Assembly: GCA_031364845.1 (NCBI GenBank)
Contig: JANLWX010000181.1
Location: 1-54,969 of the forward strand
DNA from: Candidatus Eiseniibacteriota bacterium
Lineage (GTDB): Bacteria > Eisenbacteria > RBG-16-71-46
Direction of reading: 5' to 3'
DNA length: 54,969 nt
Numbering within the stretch: position 1 is the stretch's first letter; every line of letters starts with the position of its first letter. Positions 46,178-54,969 of this stretch are shown piece by piece. Under the pieces are notes generated by a model. That model saw only the letters and a list, made by a program, of their open reading frames with translations, did not search any database and was not told the origin of the DNA. The position numbers and the translations under genes were made by a program.

Positions 46178-47713
46178 CTAGTTGGTGCGCGCTGCAATCA
46201 CGTTGGTATACGCCGAGTACCCTGCGCCGTTCGCCGCCCGCACCTTGAACCGGTGCCACGTTGCCTGACGCAGGCCCGTGACCTTCAGCTGCGTGACGTT
46301 GGGCCCCGTCACTCCGATGTTCTTCCAGGTGACCCCAACGTCGTAACTGATGGCGACGCGAAACTGATCTTCGTTGTTGCTGTTGTCGTTCCACGCCAGC
46401 GTGATCGAACCGGTGGAAGCGGCCACTGCCCGCAGGTTGCTCGGCGCCTTGGGAGGCGTAACCGGAAGGGGAGTCGCACGACTTTGCACGATCCGGTTGA
46501 CCGTGCCGCTCGGTACTCCCTGAATCTGTCCGTTGCTGGCCGAAGCCACCAGAGCAGCAGCTACCTGAGACGGAGTTGCGGAGGGATGAGTCTCGAGGTA
46601 GAGCGCGGCCGCGCCCGTCACATGCGGCGCCGCCATAGACGTTCCGCTCAGCGTGAGCGTTCCGCCGTTCAGTCCGGTGGACGTGATCCCCGTCCCCGGC
46701 GCCAATAGATCAACAGTCGCCCCGAAGCCGGAGAAGGCGCTCCAAGTGTCGGTGGAAGTGGTCGCTGCAACGGTGATCGCCTCGGCGACTCGCGCCGGAC
46801 TCACGTTGATGGCGTCCACCGCGCCGTTGCCCGCAGCGAGCACGTACGTCACACCCGAGGCAATGGATCTGCGTACGGCATCGTCGAGAGCGATATTCAC
46901 GGCCCCACCGAGTGAAAGATTCGCAACGGCTGGAGCGCCGGCGTGATGAGCGGTGACGAAGTCTATGCCCGCGATCACACCGGATGCCGTGCCACCGCCG
47001 GACGCGTTAAGTACACGAACGGAGATGAGCGTGACGCCCTTTGCGACTCCGAAGACCGCGCCGCCGATCGTACCGGCGACATGCGAACCATGGCCATGCT
47101 CGTCACGACCGGTGGTGCCGATGAAATCGGCGCCAAAGATCGCTCGGCCTCCGTAGTCGGCATTCGAGTAATCGATTCCCGTGTCGAGTACGTACACGCG
47201 GACGCCCGTACCACGGACATCGTACGTGTACGAACGATCGAGCGGCTTTGCTGGTTGATCGACACGGTCGAGTCCCCACGACGGCGGATTCGCCTGGACG
47301 TCATAGGCCCCGACCCGCTGGTCCTGAACGATGTAATGGACGCGCGGATCACGCCGCACGCCAATCAATTCAGCGCCGCTAAGCGTGGCCGAGAAGCCGT
47401 TGAGCGAGTTCGAGTAGCGGTGCTTGGCCTTCAGGCGATGCTTCACGACCACATCCATCACGGCTTGGTTGGCATCCACGGCCTTCTTGAAGACGACGAT
47501 GTACGCATCCGGAATCGCGGTTTCGATGGGACTTAGGACCAGTGGAGCCTCACCAGGCTGGCCCGCTTTGACCGAAGGCGAACCCGATGGCTCGCCTACG
47601 AACGGTGCTTGGTGGTGTGAGGGAGTCATCTCGATCGGAGCCGTTGGGTGCGAGCAATTGGCCAGACTGAGAGAGAGTAGAGCTGCCATTGACATTCCAA
47701 GAGTGCGCTTCAT
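46178..47713 (-). CDS. S8 subtilisin-like (aqualysin/proteinase K-type) protease with I9 propeptide and C-terminal FN3; possible lipoprotein
   Basis: AGGAGG SD; MKRTL...SLANC; SWGLDRVDQ, VLDTG, HGSHVAG, AAGN, SGTSMAAPHV; FN3 APSNL..LAWNDNSNNE. Confidence 0.93.
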   Translation of the reverse strand: MKRTLGMSMAALLSLSLANCSHPTAPIEMTPSHHQAPFVGEPSGSPSVKAGQPGEAPLVLSPIETAIPDAYIVVFKKAVDANQAVMDVVVKHRLKAKHRYSNSLNGFSATLSGAELIGVRRDPRVHYIVQDQRVGAYDVQANPPSWGLDRVDQPAKPLDRSYTYDVRGTGVRVYVLDTGIDYSNADYGGRAIFGADFIGTTGRDEHGHGSHVAGTIGGAVFGVAKGVTLISVRVLNASGGGTASGVIAGIDFVTAHHAGAPAVANLSLGGAVNIALDDAVRRSIASGVTYVLAAGNGAVDAINVSPARVAEAITVAATTSTDTWSAFSGFGATVDLLAPGTGITSTGLNGGTLTLSGTSMAAPHVTGAAALYLETHPSATPSQVAAALVASASNGQIQGVPSGTVNRIVQSRATPLPVTPPKAPSNLRAVAASTGSITLAWNDNSNNEDQFRVAISYDVGVTWKNIGVTGPNVTQLKVTGLRQATWHRFKVRAANGAGYSAYTNVIAARTN

Positions 47714-47835
47714 GTGTCCTCCTGCTCGGTTGGCCGGTGGGGCTTCACGAGCGTTAGTGGGTCTTCCATCCAAGTCATTCGAGGACGTCGTGTAACCGCG
47801 TCGTCCCGAGTCAGAATCGCGCGCTTGCATCGGTC

Positions 47836-48375
47836 TCATCGGTAGATTTGTTTCAATTGTCCCCAAGTCACCGGGACGACTGCCGTGGAAGGACAGCTGG
47901 CGACCCTGTGCTGAATAGTTGCGATGCGTACGCACATATCCGAAACAGCGCATTCAGGAGCGTAGTCGTAGCTCGCGACCATCGTGCCGCTCGCGGTGTC
48001 ACCGGAGCGGACGATGTCGAAGGTAACGTTCACGAACGCGGGACAGACCGGACCTGCGGTAGTCCCAGAGCAGCGGATATGAATCTCGGTATCCGTGGCC
48101 GTTGCGGTGCAGACCAGAGGATCCGGTTCACTTTCGATCGGTTCAGCGGCGAACAGCGAGTCGCACCGCTCCTCCGTGTATAGAACCGAGCCTGAAGCGC
48201 AGTCTTTGCCGACGTCGACGCTGCTCCAAAGTCCTGCCCAGGCCGCAGGTAGCGGAGTATTGATAACGTTGCGCATTGATCGCGACAGGACCACCGATAC
48301 CGGACGCTCGGCGGCCGGAGACTTCGAAGCCATGAGCGACAGCACCATTACGGTGAATAGCGTGGCATTGCGCAT
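47836..48375 (-). CDS. Small Cys-rich exported protein with C-terminal TWGxxKxxYR tail
   Basis: Signal peptide; 8 Cys; ends STAVVPVTWGQLKQIYR. Confidence 0.75.
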   Translation of the reverse strand: MRNATLFTVMVLSLMASKSPAAERPVSVVLSRSMRNVINTPLPAAWAGLWSSVDVGKDCASGSVLYTEERCDSLFAAEPIESEPDPLVCTATATDTEIHIRCSGTTAGPVCPAFVNVTFDIVRSGDTASGTMVASYDYAPECAVSDMCVRIATIQHRVASCPSTAVVPVTWGQLKQIYR

Positions 48376-48463
48376 GGTGACTACCTTTCTGTAGACCGCA
48401 GTAGACGGACGACGATCAGTGTGCGAGTTCGCTAATTCGGGATGGCTCGCCAGTGATGCGTGG

Positions 48464-49102
48464 TTACGGCCGAAGGCTTGCGACCAGCACTCGAAGATTG
48501 TTTGCCGTCCTGGCGGAGGTGTTGATCGTGCTCGCGAGCTGGCCCATTGAGTTCTTCAGAGCCATCTCGACCTTCAAGAGCTTGATCTTCCCGGTGATAC
48601 CTCTGAAGTCCCGCTCAGCCGACTGCATCAGTCCCGGGACTCGCGAGGCAAGACTCGGCATTCGCTCCGCTTGGAGCACCGCCAACGACAGGACTGCTTC
48701 GAGCCGATTGGCCTCTTTCTGCAGTTCGGCGAGCGCGTCGCCATGGCCGCCACCGGTGTTCTCCAGCTCCTCCAGCGCCTCTGGCCACTGTTCGGGATCG
48801 GAGGAAACTTCCAACTCCCCTCCGGCAGCGACAGCGAGCGTCCGCCCGAATCGAATGGTCAGGCTGTCGGCCAGGGCGATGGTGCCTTTCGCCACCGCGA
48901 CCTCGAGGAAGAACGACGCGTACGGCTCCCGATCGCAGGCGTAGACGCGCACTCCATCGAGCACACCACCGGGATCGAGCGCATTGAGCTCGCTGGTGTA
49001 CGCCGAAAGGGGCAGGGTCTGCAGCTCAGGGATGATCCCCGCATCTGCAGTGTTCATCGCCATCAGCGACAGCAGTGCACCAACTGCGAGCTTCGTGTTC
49101 AT
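48464..49102 (-). CDS. Hypothetical exported, largely alpha-helical protein
   Basis: GAGGG SD before ATG 49102; signal peptide MNTKLAVGALLSLMAMNTADA; coiled-coil-like C-terminus. Confidence 0.65.
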   Translation of the reverse strand: MNTKLAVGALLSLMAMNTADAGIIPELQTLPLSAYTSELNALDPGGVLDGVRVYACDREPYASFFLEVAVAKGTIALADSLTIRFGRTLAVAAGGELEVSSDPEQWPEALEELENTGGGHGDALAELQKEANRLEAVLSLAVLQAERMPSLASRVPGLMQSAERDFRGITGKIKLLKVEMALKNSMGQLASTINTSARTANNLRVLVASLRP

Positions 49103-49449
49103 GGTTGCCCTCGTTCCCGAAGAGGTTGCTGGCGATTCGGCGGGCCGGTTTGGCTCGCCTTCGCCCTTCTCGTCGGGGCGGAGTGGCAGGTGTGACACGA
49201 TCTCCAATCGTGGGCGCCCGGATGTATTCATGAGTGTCGTTGTTTGGAGCGGGGCGAGCAGCGCGGTTACTGAGGCTGCCGGGTGACCACGATCGGATGG
49301 TGGCCGCGAGCTCTATGCGTGGCTCGGCCCCCGTGGTCACAAGGGGGGTCTGAGATTGGGTGTTACGCGCCGAGCGCCGAAGGCGGTCGGGACTACGAGA
49401 TATCCGTTCGTTCATCACCGCGGAATGATCGTGTCGCAATGCCGAAGCG

Positions 49450-50430
49450 CTAGCGGAGCTCGAAGTCGTAGCGAGATTCGTCCGGTGGGGTGCCGTCAAC
49501 CCGGAAGCGCAGGACGTATCGGCCCGGCTTCATTTCATGGTCGCGGCGGATGACGATGTCTCGCGGCGCGCCTTCCGGGAACAACGCCGAGAGTGTTGTT
49601 CGGAGGCTCCGCACGGTTCGGTCGGCTGGATCGAGGATGTCGATTTCGAGACGATGGCCTGCAGCAAGCGCAAGCGAGCGTGGTGGCCGGAAACGGATCT
49701 CACTCGTCTCGGGATTGAATGCAACGGCCGGCGGCTCCGCAATGCTGCCCTGGCGCACGTTCTCTACCAGGTTGGTCGCACCGTCCGTCCCGGGACCGAG
49801 CGCGAGGAGCTCGGGGGCGGGTGCAGGCCGGCCTGGCCGCTCGCGGGGAACCTCCGGCGTTGGTGAAGGCCTGGGACGCGGCGTCAGGCTGGTGGTGTCC
49901 CGCGATGCGATCGGCGGGTGCGAGGTGGGCCGGAACTTCAGGTAGACAAATAGGACAATGAGTGAAGCGGCCGACGCGAAGGCGGCTGCGCCGATATGGC
50001 GGGGCGACCACACTGCGCGATGCCGCGGGAACGGGATTGTAGCTGAGCGATCGGGTCGAAGCGGAGCTTTGGCCGAAGGGGCCTGGGGCGTTACGGTGGT
50101 AAGTAGCGTTGGGTCATGACCCAGGGCGACTAGCTCCGCGCGGCATGTCGCACAGCTTTCAATGTGTCTCGCGACCAGCGGGCGCAGAAGGCCATCGAGG
50201 TGCGGTGCACGACGGTCCCAGATGGCCAGGAGGGACGACGGGATGTGCTCGCCGCCGTCGTCCTCGGAGAACTCGGGATTACGTGCGGTCGCAGCTTGGG
50301 CGCGACACGCCTCGCAGATGTCCAAATGCTGCTCAAGGCGGGTTGCAGCATCAGGATCCAACACGCCGGCCGCCCATGCCGCCAGCGTCGCCCGCACCCA
50401 CTCGTGCGTCGGGCCCCGATTGGCGCTCAC
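49450..50430 (-). CDS. Membrane anti-sigma factor with two zf-HC2 (ZAS) motifs
   Basis: GTGA overlap with the sigma gene; HLDICEAC and HIESCATC; one TM segment; Pro-rich linker and extracytoplasmic domain. Confidence 0.8.
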   Translation of the reverse strand: MSANRGPTHEWVRATLAAWAAGVLDPDAATRLEQHLDICEACRAQAATARNPEFSEDDGGEHIPSSLLAIWDRRAPHLDGLLRPLVARHIESCATCRAELVALGHDPTLLTTVTPQAPSAKAPLRPDRSATIPFPRHRAVWSPRHIGAAAFASAASLIVLFVYLKFRPTSHPPIASRDTTSLTPRPRPSPTPEVPRERPGRPAPAPELLALGPGTDGATNLVENVRQGSIAEPPAVAFNPETSEIRFRPPRSLALAAGHRLEIDILDPADRTVRSLRTTLSALFPEGAPRDIVIRRDHEMKPGRYVLRFRVDGTPPDESRYDFELR

Positions 50431-51002
50431 GTGACGACCCCTTCGAAGTCGGAGAGCAACTGGGCCAGCCGGCCGTGATCGGCGCGCGCGGCGGAGATGA
50501 AGGCATGCTGGCAGCGGTGCCATCGCTGTGCGATCGAGTTCGGCTTCTCAGCGGGTCCCTCGACCGTCGCCTCAAGGTTGGAGACTTCCTTCCAGCTCCG
50601 CCCCGCAAAGTAGTGTTTGGCGAGCGCTGCGCACCGTGGCTTGTTCGCGCGAAACCACTCGCTGACAGCGAAACGAACTAGCGCCAGATCCGCCGGGTCG
50701 ACACCACGTTTCTCGACTAAGGCGGCGATGGGCTCGTTGTCGATCGGTGTCTCGCCACCTCTTCGCTTCAATCGGCTCTCTTTGCGGTCGAGGAAGTCGA
50801 GCCATGCGCGCTCAGCGATGCTCATCATCACCGCCTCGAAGTTGTGCGCCTCGTTGCCCTTTCTTGCCCAGCGGTCCAAGCGCACCCAGGCATCCATCGC
50901 CACATCCTCCTGGTCGTCGGCGAAACGACCTCGAGCCAGCCCACCGACGCGTCGCTTCAGGAATTCGAACTCGCGACGGTGATTCCTGAGGCCTTCGGTC
51001 AT
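50427..51002 (-). CDS. Divergent ECF sigma-70 factor
   Basis: Region 2-like EDVAMDAWVRL..FEAVMMSIAERAWLDFL; region 4-like YFAGRSWKEVS; GGAGG SD; coupled to the ZAS anti-sigma. Confidence 0.75.
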   Translation of the reverse strand: MTEGLRNHRREFEFLKRRVGGLARGRFADDQEDVAMDAWVRLDRWARKGNEAHNFEAVMMSIAERAWLDFLDRKESRLKRRGGETPIDNEPIAALVEKRGVDPADLALVRFAVSEWFRANKPRCAALAKHYFAGRSWKEVSNLEATVEGPAEKPNSIAQRWHRCQHAFISAARADHGRLAQLLSDFEGVVT

Positions 51003-51154
51003 GGCGGGACCTCCGGGAATGACCGGTTTCGGACGGACTCGCCGTCATAGACTCGTCGGACCAATCGCGATTAGATGACGCTAATAGTCGCGTTCGGCGG
51101 ACGGCCAGTGGAGCGAATGGTGCCGAGGCATTCTAGAGTTCGTGCTCCTGCCCG

Positions 51155-54100
51155 TCACCGCAGAAGCACGAACCGCCGCTGACGTATTTCACTGCCCACC
51201 GTCAGCCGGCTGAAATAAACACCGGGTTCGGTTCTCCGACCTCGCGTGCGCGAGCCCTCCCATCGCACCGTGTGCCACCCCGCGCGATGCTTGCCGTCCG
51301 CGATTGTGCCGACCACTCGCCCTTGAACGTCGAAAATCTGTAGGCGCACCCGCGCCGCAGCCGGTAAGCCGAAGCGCACCGTGACGGCGTCGAGTGCCGG
51401 ATTGGGCCAAGGGGCGGCGAGCTCGATCGCAACCGGCGCTGCGACAGGCGCATCGACCGAAGAACTGAGCGAGACCCGTTCACTCATTGCGAGTACGCCC
51501 TTCACGCGCGACCCTCCAAGCGCACTCTCGATCTCGACGACGGCTAGGCGAGCGCTGTCTGTGGGAACCGCGGGAACTGTCCACATGACCTGGCCGTTGT
51601 GCGGCAGTCCGTTCCCGATCAGCGACCAACTCCGGCCGTCGTTCACCGACTGGAAGAACGCTACCGACGTCGCACCGGGGCTGCGCGCCGTGTCGTAGGT
51701 AACCCGGAGCGAGGTACCCCAGCGGAACGTCTCGCCGCCAGTCGGATACTTGATGCGGCCGGTGCGATACCGCGTCGTGTCTCGGGCGACGAGAATGCGA
51801 GCGCCGAGCTCGCCGCTCACCGCGACCGACACCGCGTCACCCTCGTCCAGGGCCGCCGGAATCCGGGTGCGGTCGAACGGGACGATTAGCTCAGGGAGAC
51901 CGTCGTGGTCCGCGTCGCCATCTAACACCGTTCCGGCCGGGTCGATCGGAATCAGCGCGCCCAGCCGGAGGGTGTTGACGTCTATGCTGTCAGTCCCGAA
52001 GCCCACGGGAAGCTCAATGTGCGCCGCTGCCCAGCGCGAAAACGCGGAGAGATCGAACTCGTCGAGCGGCATCGCGAGCTCAGCGATCACCGGTGGTTGC
52101 ATGTCGAAGTCGATACGCTCGATCATCGAAGATCCCGTGCTGGTCACGAGTGCGAAGCGCCCCAACGGATCCATTGTGATCGCCTGCGCGTCGGCCGCGA
52201 CAGGGACGGACTGGATCAATTCGAAACCGATCGTCGGTTCGAGCGTCGACGCCGAACGACCGCCCCCCGTCCCACCGGACACCGAGTACAAGTAGACCGT
52301 ATTGAGCTTGGCCGAATGGACGAGGAGGCCTGAGCCGGAAGGCGTCGAGCGGATCTGTGTGAAAGGCGCCGGGCCTTTGATCTCGTTGCGGATCGTGCCG
52401 AACGTGGGACTACCCCGATCGGTGTCGATCGCGACCAGGGATCCATGTCCCGTGATGCCCGCCATGTACGTTCCCGGCGTCAGATTGCGATTCGTGAGCT
52501 CGTTCCTCTTCGCAATCAGCTTCGCGCGCTCCGAAGACACCAGGCCGGACCGGACCGGCACCTTCTTCACGGCCTTGGTCGCCAGATCGACGATGGTCGC
52601 GCCGTCTGGAGTGGATAGGAACAGCAGACCGCCGTCGGTGATGGTGACGCTAGACGGCGGGGCCGTCGATCCGCCGCCCTTCGGCTTGGCTACGCCGTCC
52701 GAGAGATAGTCTGCACCGATCGCGTAAACAAATTCCGCTCCGCTCTCGAGGAACACCAGTAGGTCGAGACGGCCGCCCTCGTAGTAGAACCCGAGGTGTT
52801 TCGGCGTGCCATTCAGCTGGAACGTACCGATCGTGGCGATGTCGTCGACGTCCTCGTAGGAAATAACGCTCACGTCCTGGCTGCCGCGATTCGCGACGTA
52901 CGCGATCTTCTGGTGGGGATGGAGGGCGATGCGCACCGGGTCGTCGCCCGCTGGCACGGTCCGAAGCCAGGTCAGAGCCAGGTTGGACACCGAGTAGACG
53001 TCGACGTCGTCCCACTCGGGGTTGACGATCCAGGCGAACTTCCCTGACGGATCGATCGCGATGTCGCGCCCTCCGGGGCCGGAATGCGCAGGGACGAGAT
53101 GCTTCTCCCCTTTGCTCGGCGGCCCCGGCTGGATCACGTGATAGTCGAGGATGTTGCTCGCCCCCGCAGATCCCGAAACGGCTCGAAGCTGGAAACTACC
53201 AGCGGCGATGTCGGCCGGCACGAAGGCGACAATCTGATCCTCGCGCGCCTGATCGACCACGAGCTGGCGGCCCTCCAGCGTCACCGCGTTGGCGGTCGCG
53301 AGGGGCTGGAAACCGCGTCCTGAGATCTTGATGCGAGCACCTGGTGTCGCCGCGACGGGCTCCACGCCGAGAATCTGCACGGCGGGCGGATCCTCGGTAG
53401 TGAACTGGAGCTCTACCGAGTCGAGGAGCGCCTGGCCGTCGAGATCGCGACCCGCGTTCAACTGCAATGTGCACGGCGTCGAGAATGGCAGCAGCTGCTT
53501 GGGTTGAACGATGAATCGGCGCGCCTCGTCGACATCGTCGACCGTGATCTCAATGGGATCGCCGCCGACCAGAAGCCGCATCCCGTCTCGCACAGTAGGC
53601 GCGTCCATCATCTGATTGAAGCGGACGAAGAAACGTGAGGCGACTGGAACCGGGTCGCTTCCGTCCGGTCCTACTTCGATGACCGTTGGCTCCGTGGCCT
53701 CATCGGTCGCGCTGGCGGTTGCGGTGATCTGGATGCCGGGCCCGAGACCGAGCACCTCGACCTGGATGCTTTGTTCCCCCGCGGTGCTGCCTAGCGTCCA
53801 GGGAACGCGTACGCCGCCGGTCACGTCGGTGACGCGAACCACGCTCGTCTCGACGGGTGCACCGACCCAGCCCTGGCCGGCGTTGCCGAGCGTCACGCGC
53901 ACCGGGACGCCGTCCGCCGGACGTCCCTGGGGATCGGCGACGTGCACGAGAATGGGGAATGGCAGCGTTTGCCCAAGCCCTGCGCTCTGCCGGGCTCCCG
54001 ATACCGCGATGACATCAATCGGCCGAACGCTGTGAAGCTGGATCGAGTCGCGATTGGCGGGCGCGCGCGAGGCGAGACTGCCTCCGGTGTACGCGATCCA

Positions 54101-54969
54101 CACCTGCCGGCCGACTGCGGACGCGCACATCAACGCCGGCTCGCTGGGAGTCGCAAGGAACGCCACCGATCCGGCACCCGACGTATTCACGAGGGCTAGA
54201 TCCTGCGTTCCCAAGCGTCGTCCCAGCACGACGTCTCCGCTCGTGCTCGCGTCGAGATCACGCACGCCGCCCGGCGCCGCGTTGGGGATGTAGAAGGACT
54301 GCGCCGCCGCCGCCGGGTTCCACGCGCCGATTCCGCCGCCGGTGAGCGCAAAGGCGACGCGCTGCCCGTTGCGGGTGGCGGCCACCGACACCACGGGATC
54401 GCCTGCGCGCACCGGGCCGGACGCCGACACCGTTCCACCGCTGGCGAGCAGCTGCCAAACTCGGTCCTCGCCGCCGACCACGAGCTTCGTTCCATCGCGC
54501 GTGGGTGCGATCGACTCGGGCCGATGCGTTCCGAACCCGGCCGTGTCGACCACCGCGCCGGTGGTGGGGTCGATCCACCTCACGCGCGCGTCGAGCGAGG
54601 ACGCGGCGTACATCCACCGCCCCAGAGGATCGGCGGCGAGCGCGCTGACCCGGCCCGCGACGGCGTTCGCGAGCGTCTGCGCCAGCGCGGGTGGGGTCAC
54701 CGTGACGTCCACGATCGCAATGGACCCTTGGGCGCCGTCGTGCGAGCCGATCCACAGGCGTGTCCCGTCGCGGCTGAACGACGCGCAGGTCGGCGTGAAT
54801 CCCAGCGGTAGCGCGAGCGATCCGCGCCAGCGTCCGAAAACCGCAGGCGCGGCATCGGTCGCGTCGAAGATCTCGACGGCCGCGGGCAGCGGGCAGCCCG
54901 AGACCGACTGGCTCGCGTACACCGCCGCCACGCGCCTGCCGTCGGGGGACGGGCTCAGCACTCGGAGCG
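51155..54969 (-). CDS. Large surface protein (5' end outside window): YVTN-like propellers, Big_1-like, SbsA/Big_5-like, IPT/TIG, FlgD/T9SS-like CTD
   Basis: Open frame to the window edge; propeller repeats (IAIDPSGKFAWI, VAN.GS.DVSVI); VRFNQMMD; PVAATPGARIKISGRGF; APWPNP...IFDVQGR...PGVYFSRL. Confidence 0.85.
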   Translation of the reverse strand, partial: LRVLSPSPDGRRVAAVYASQSVSGCPLPAAVEIFDATDAAPAVFGRWRGSLALPLGFTPTCASFSRDGTRLWIGSHDGAQGSIAIVDVTVTPPALAQTLANAVAGRVSALAADPLGRWMYAASSLDARVRWIDPTTGAVVDTAGFGTHRPESIAPTRDGTKLVVGGEDRVWQLLASGGTVSASGPVRAGDPVVSVAATRNGQRVAFALTGGGIGAWNPAAAAQSFYIPNAAPGGVRDLDASTSGDVVLGRRLGTQDLALVNTSGAGSVAFLATPSEPALMCASAVGRQVWIAYTGGSLASRAPANRDSIQLHSVRPIDVIAVSGARQSAGLGQTLPFPILVHVADPQGRPADGVPVRVTLGNAGQGWVGAPVETSVVRVTDVTGGVRVPWTLGSTAGEQSIQVEVLGLGPGIQITATASATDEATEPTVIEVGPDGSDPVPVASRFFVRFNQMMDAPTVRDGMRLLVGGDPIEITVDDVDEARRFIVQPKQLLPFSTPCTLQLNAGRDLDGQALLDSVELQFTTEDPPAVQILGVEPVAATPGARIKISGRGFQPLATANAVTLEGRQLVVDQAREDQIVAFVPADIAAGSFQLRAVSGSAGASNILDYHVIQPGPPSKGEKHLVPAHSGPGGRDIAIDPSGKFAWIVNPEWDDVDVYSVSNLALTWLRTVPAGDDPVRIALHPHQKIAYVANRGSQDVSVISYEDVDDIATIGTFQLNGTPKHLGFYYEGGRLDLLVFLESGAEFVYAIGADYLSDGVAKPKGGGSTAPPSSVTITDGGLLFLSTPDGATIVDLATKAVKKVPVRSGLVSSERAKLIAKRNELTNRNLTPGTYMAGITGHGSLVAIDTDRGSPTFGTIRNEIKGPAPFTQIRSTPSGSGLLVHSAKLNTVYLYSVSGGTGGGRSASTLEPTIGFELIQSVPVAADAQAITMDPLGRFALVTSTGSSMIERIDFDMQPPVIAELAMPLDEFDLSAFSRWAAAHIELPVGFGTDSIDVNTLRLGALIPIDPAGTVLDGDADHDGLPELIVPFDRTRIPAALDEGDAVSVAVSGELGARILVARDTTRYRTGRIKYPTGGETFRWGTSLRVTYDTARSPGATSVAFFQSVNDGRSWSLIGNGLPHNGQVMWTVPAVPTDSARLAVVEIESALGGSRVKGVLAMSERVSLSSSVDAPVAAPVAIELAAPWPNPALDAVTVRFGLPAAARVRLQIFDVQGRVVGTIADGKHRAGWHTVRWEGSRTRGRRTEPGVYFSRLTVGSEIRQRRFVLLR

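Noticed and set aside
48376..49440. Candidate ECF promoters (GAACT..CGTC, GTAACA, TGTCACA) upstream of the island genes
   Set aside because: Spacings are inconsistent and no shared motif could be established by eye.

Overview
High-GC bacterial genomic DNA. The lineage is inferred, not demonstrated: FlgD/T9SS-like C-terminal domains and a C-terminal TWGxxKxxYR tail suggest an FCB-related candidate lineage such as Ca. Eisenbacteria. About half the window is a family of five paralogous, minus-strand, secreted proteins of ~945, ~1120, ~1040, ~2120 and ~3550 aa. All share one conserved N-terminal right-handed beta-helix domain and one C-terminal FlgD/T9SS-like sorting domain. They differ in the number of cadherin-like Ig stalk repeats (1, 1, 1, 11, 22), PKD domains and CBM4/9-like domains. 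The array is split by a plus-strand block: alkA-ogt-ppa-phrB, an HDAC, an OB-fold protein, a PD40 propeller and a hypothetical protein with a cryptic GNAT fold. The left flank holds a LiaF-like/LytS/LytTR operon with three 21-bp-spaced LytTR boxes and an ArnT-like transferase. The right flank holds arginase, a DUF1080 protein, DoxX, a P1B-4-type ATPase and an unassigned ~100-nt structured RNA candidate ending in CCA. After it comes a compositionally different segment: S8 protease, a TWG-tail protein, a double zinc-finger anti-sigma with its ECF sigma, and a large truncated beta-propeller surface protein. Several housekeeping genes look leaderless. No rRNA, canonical tRNA, CRISPR array, transposase or integrase was seen.
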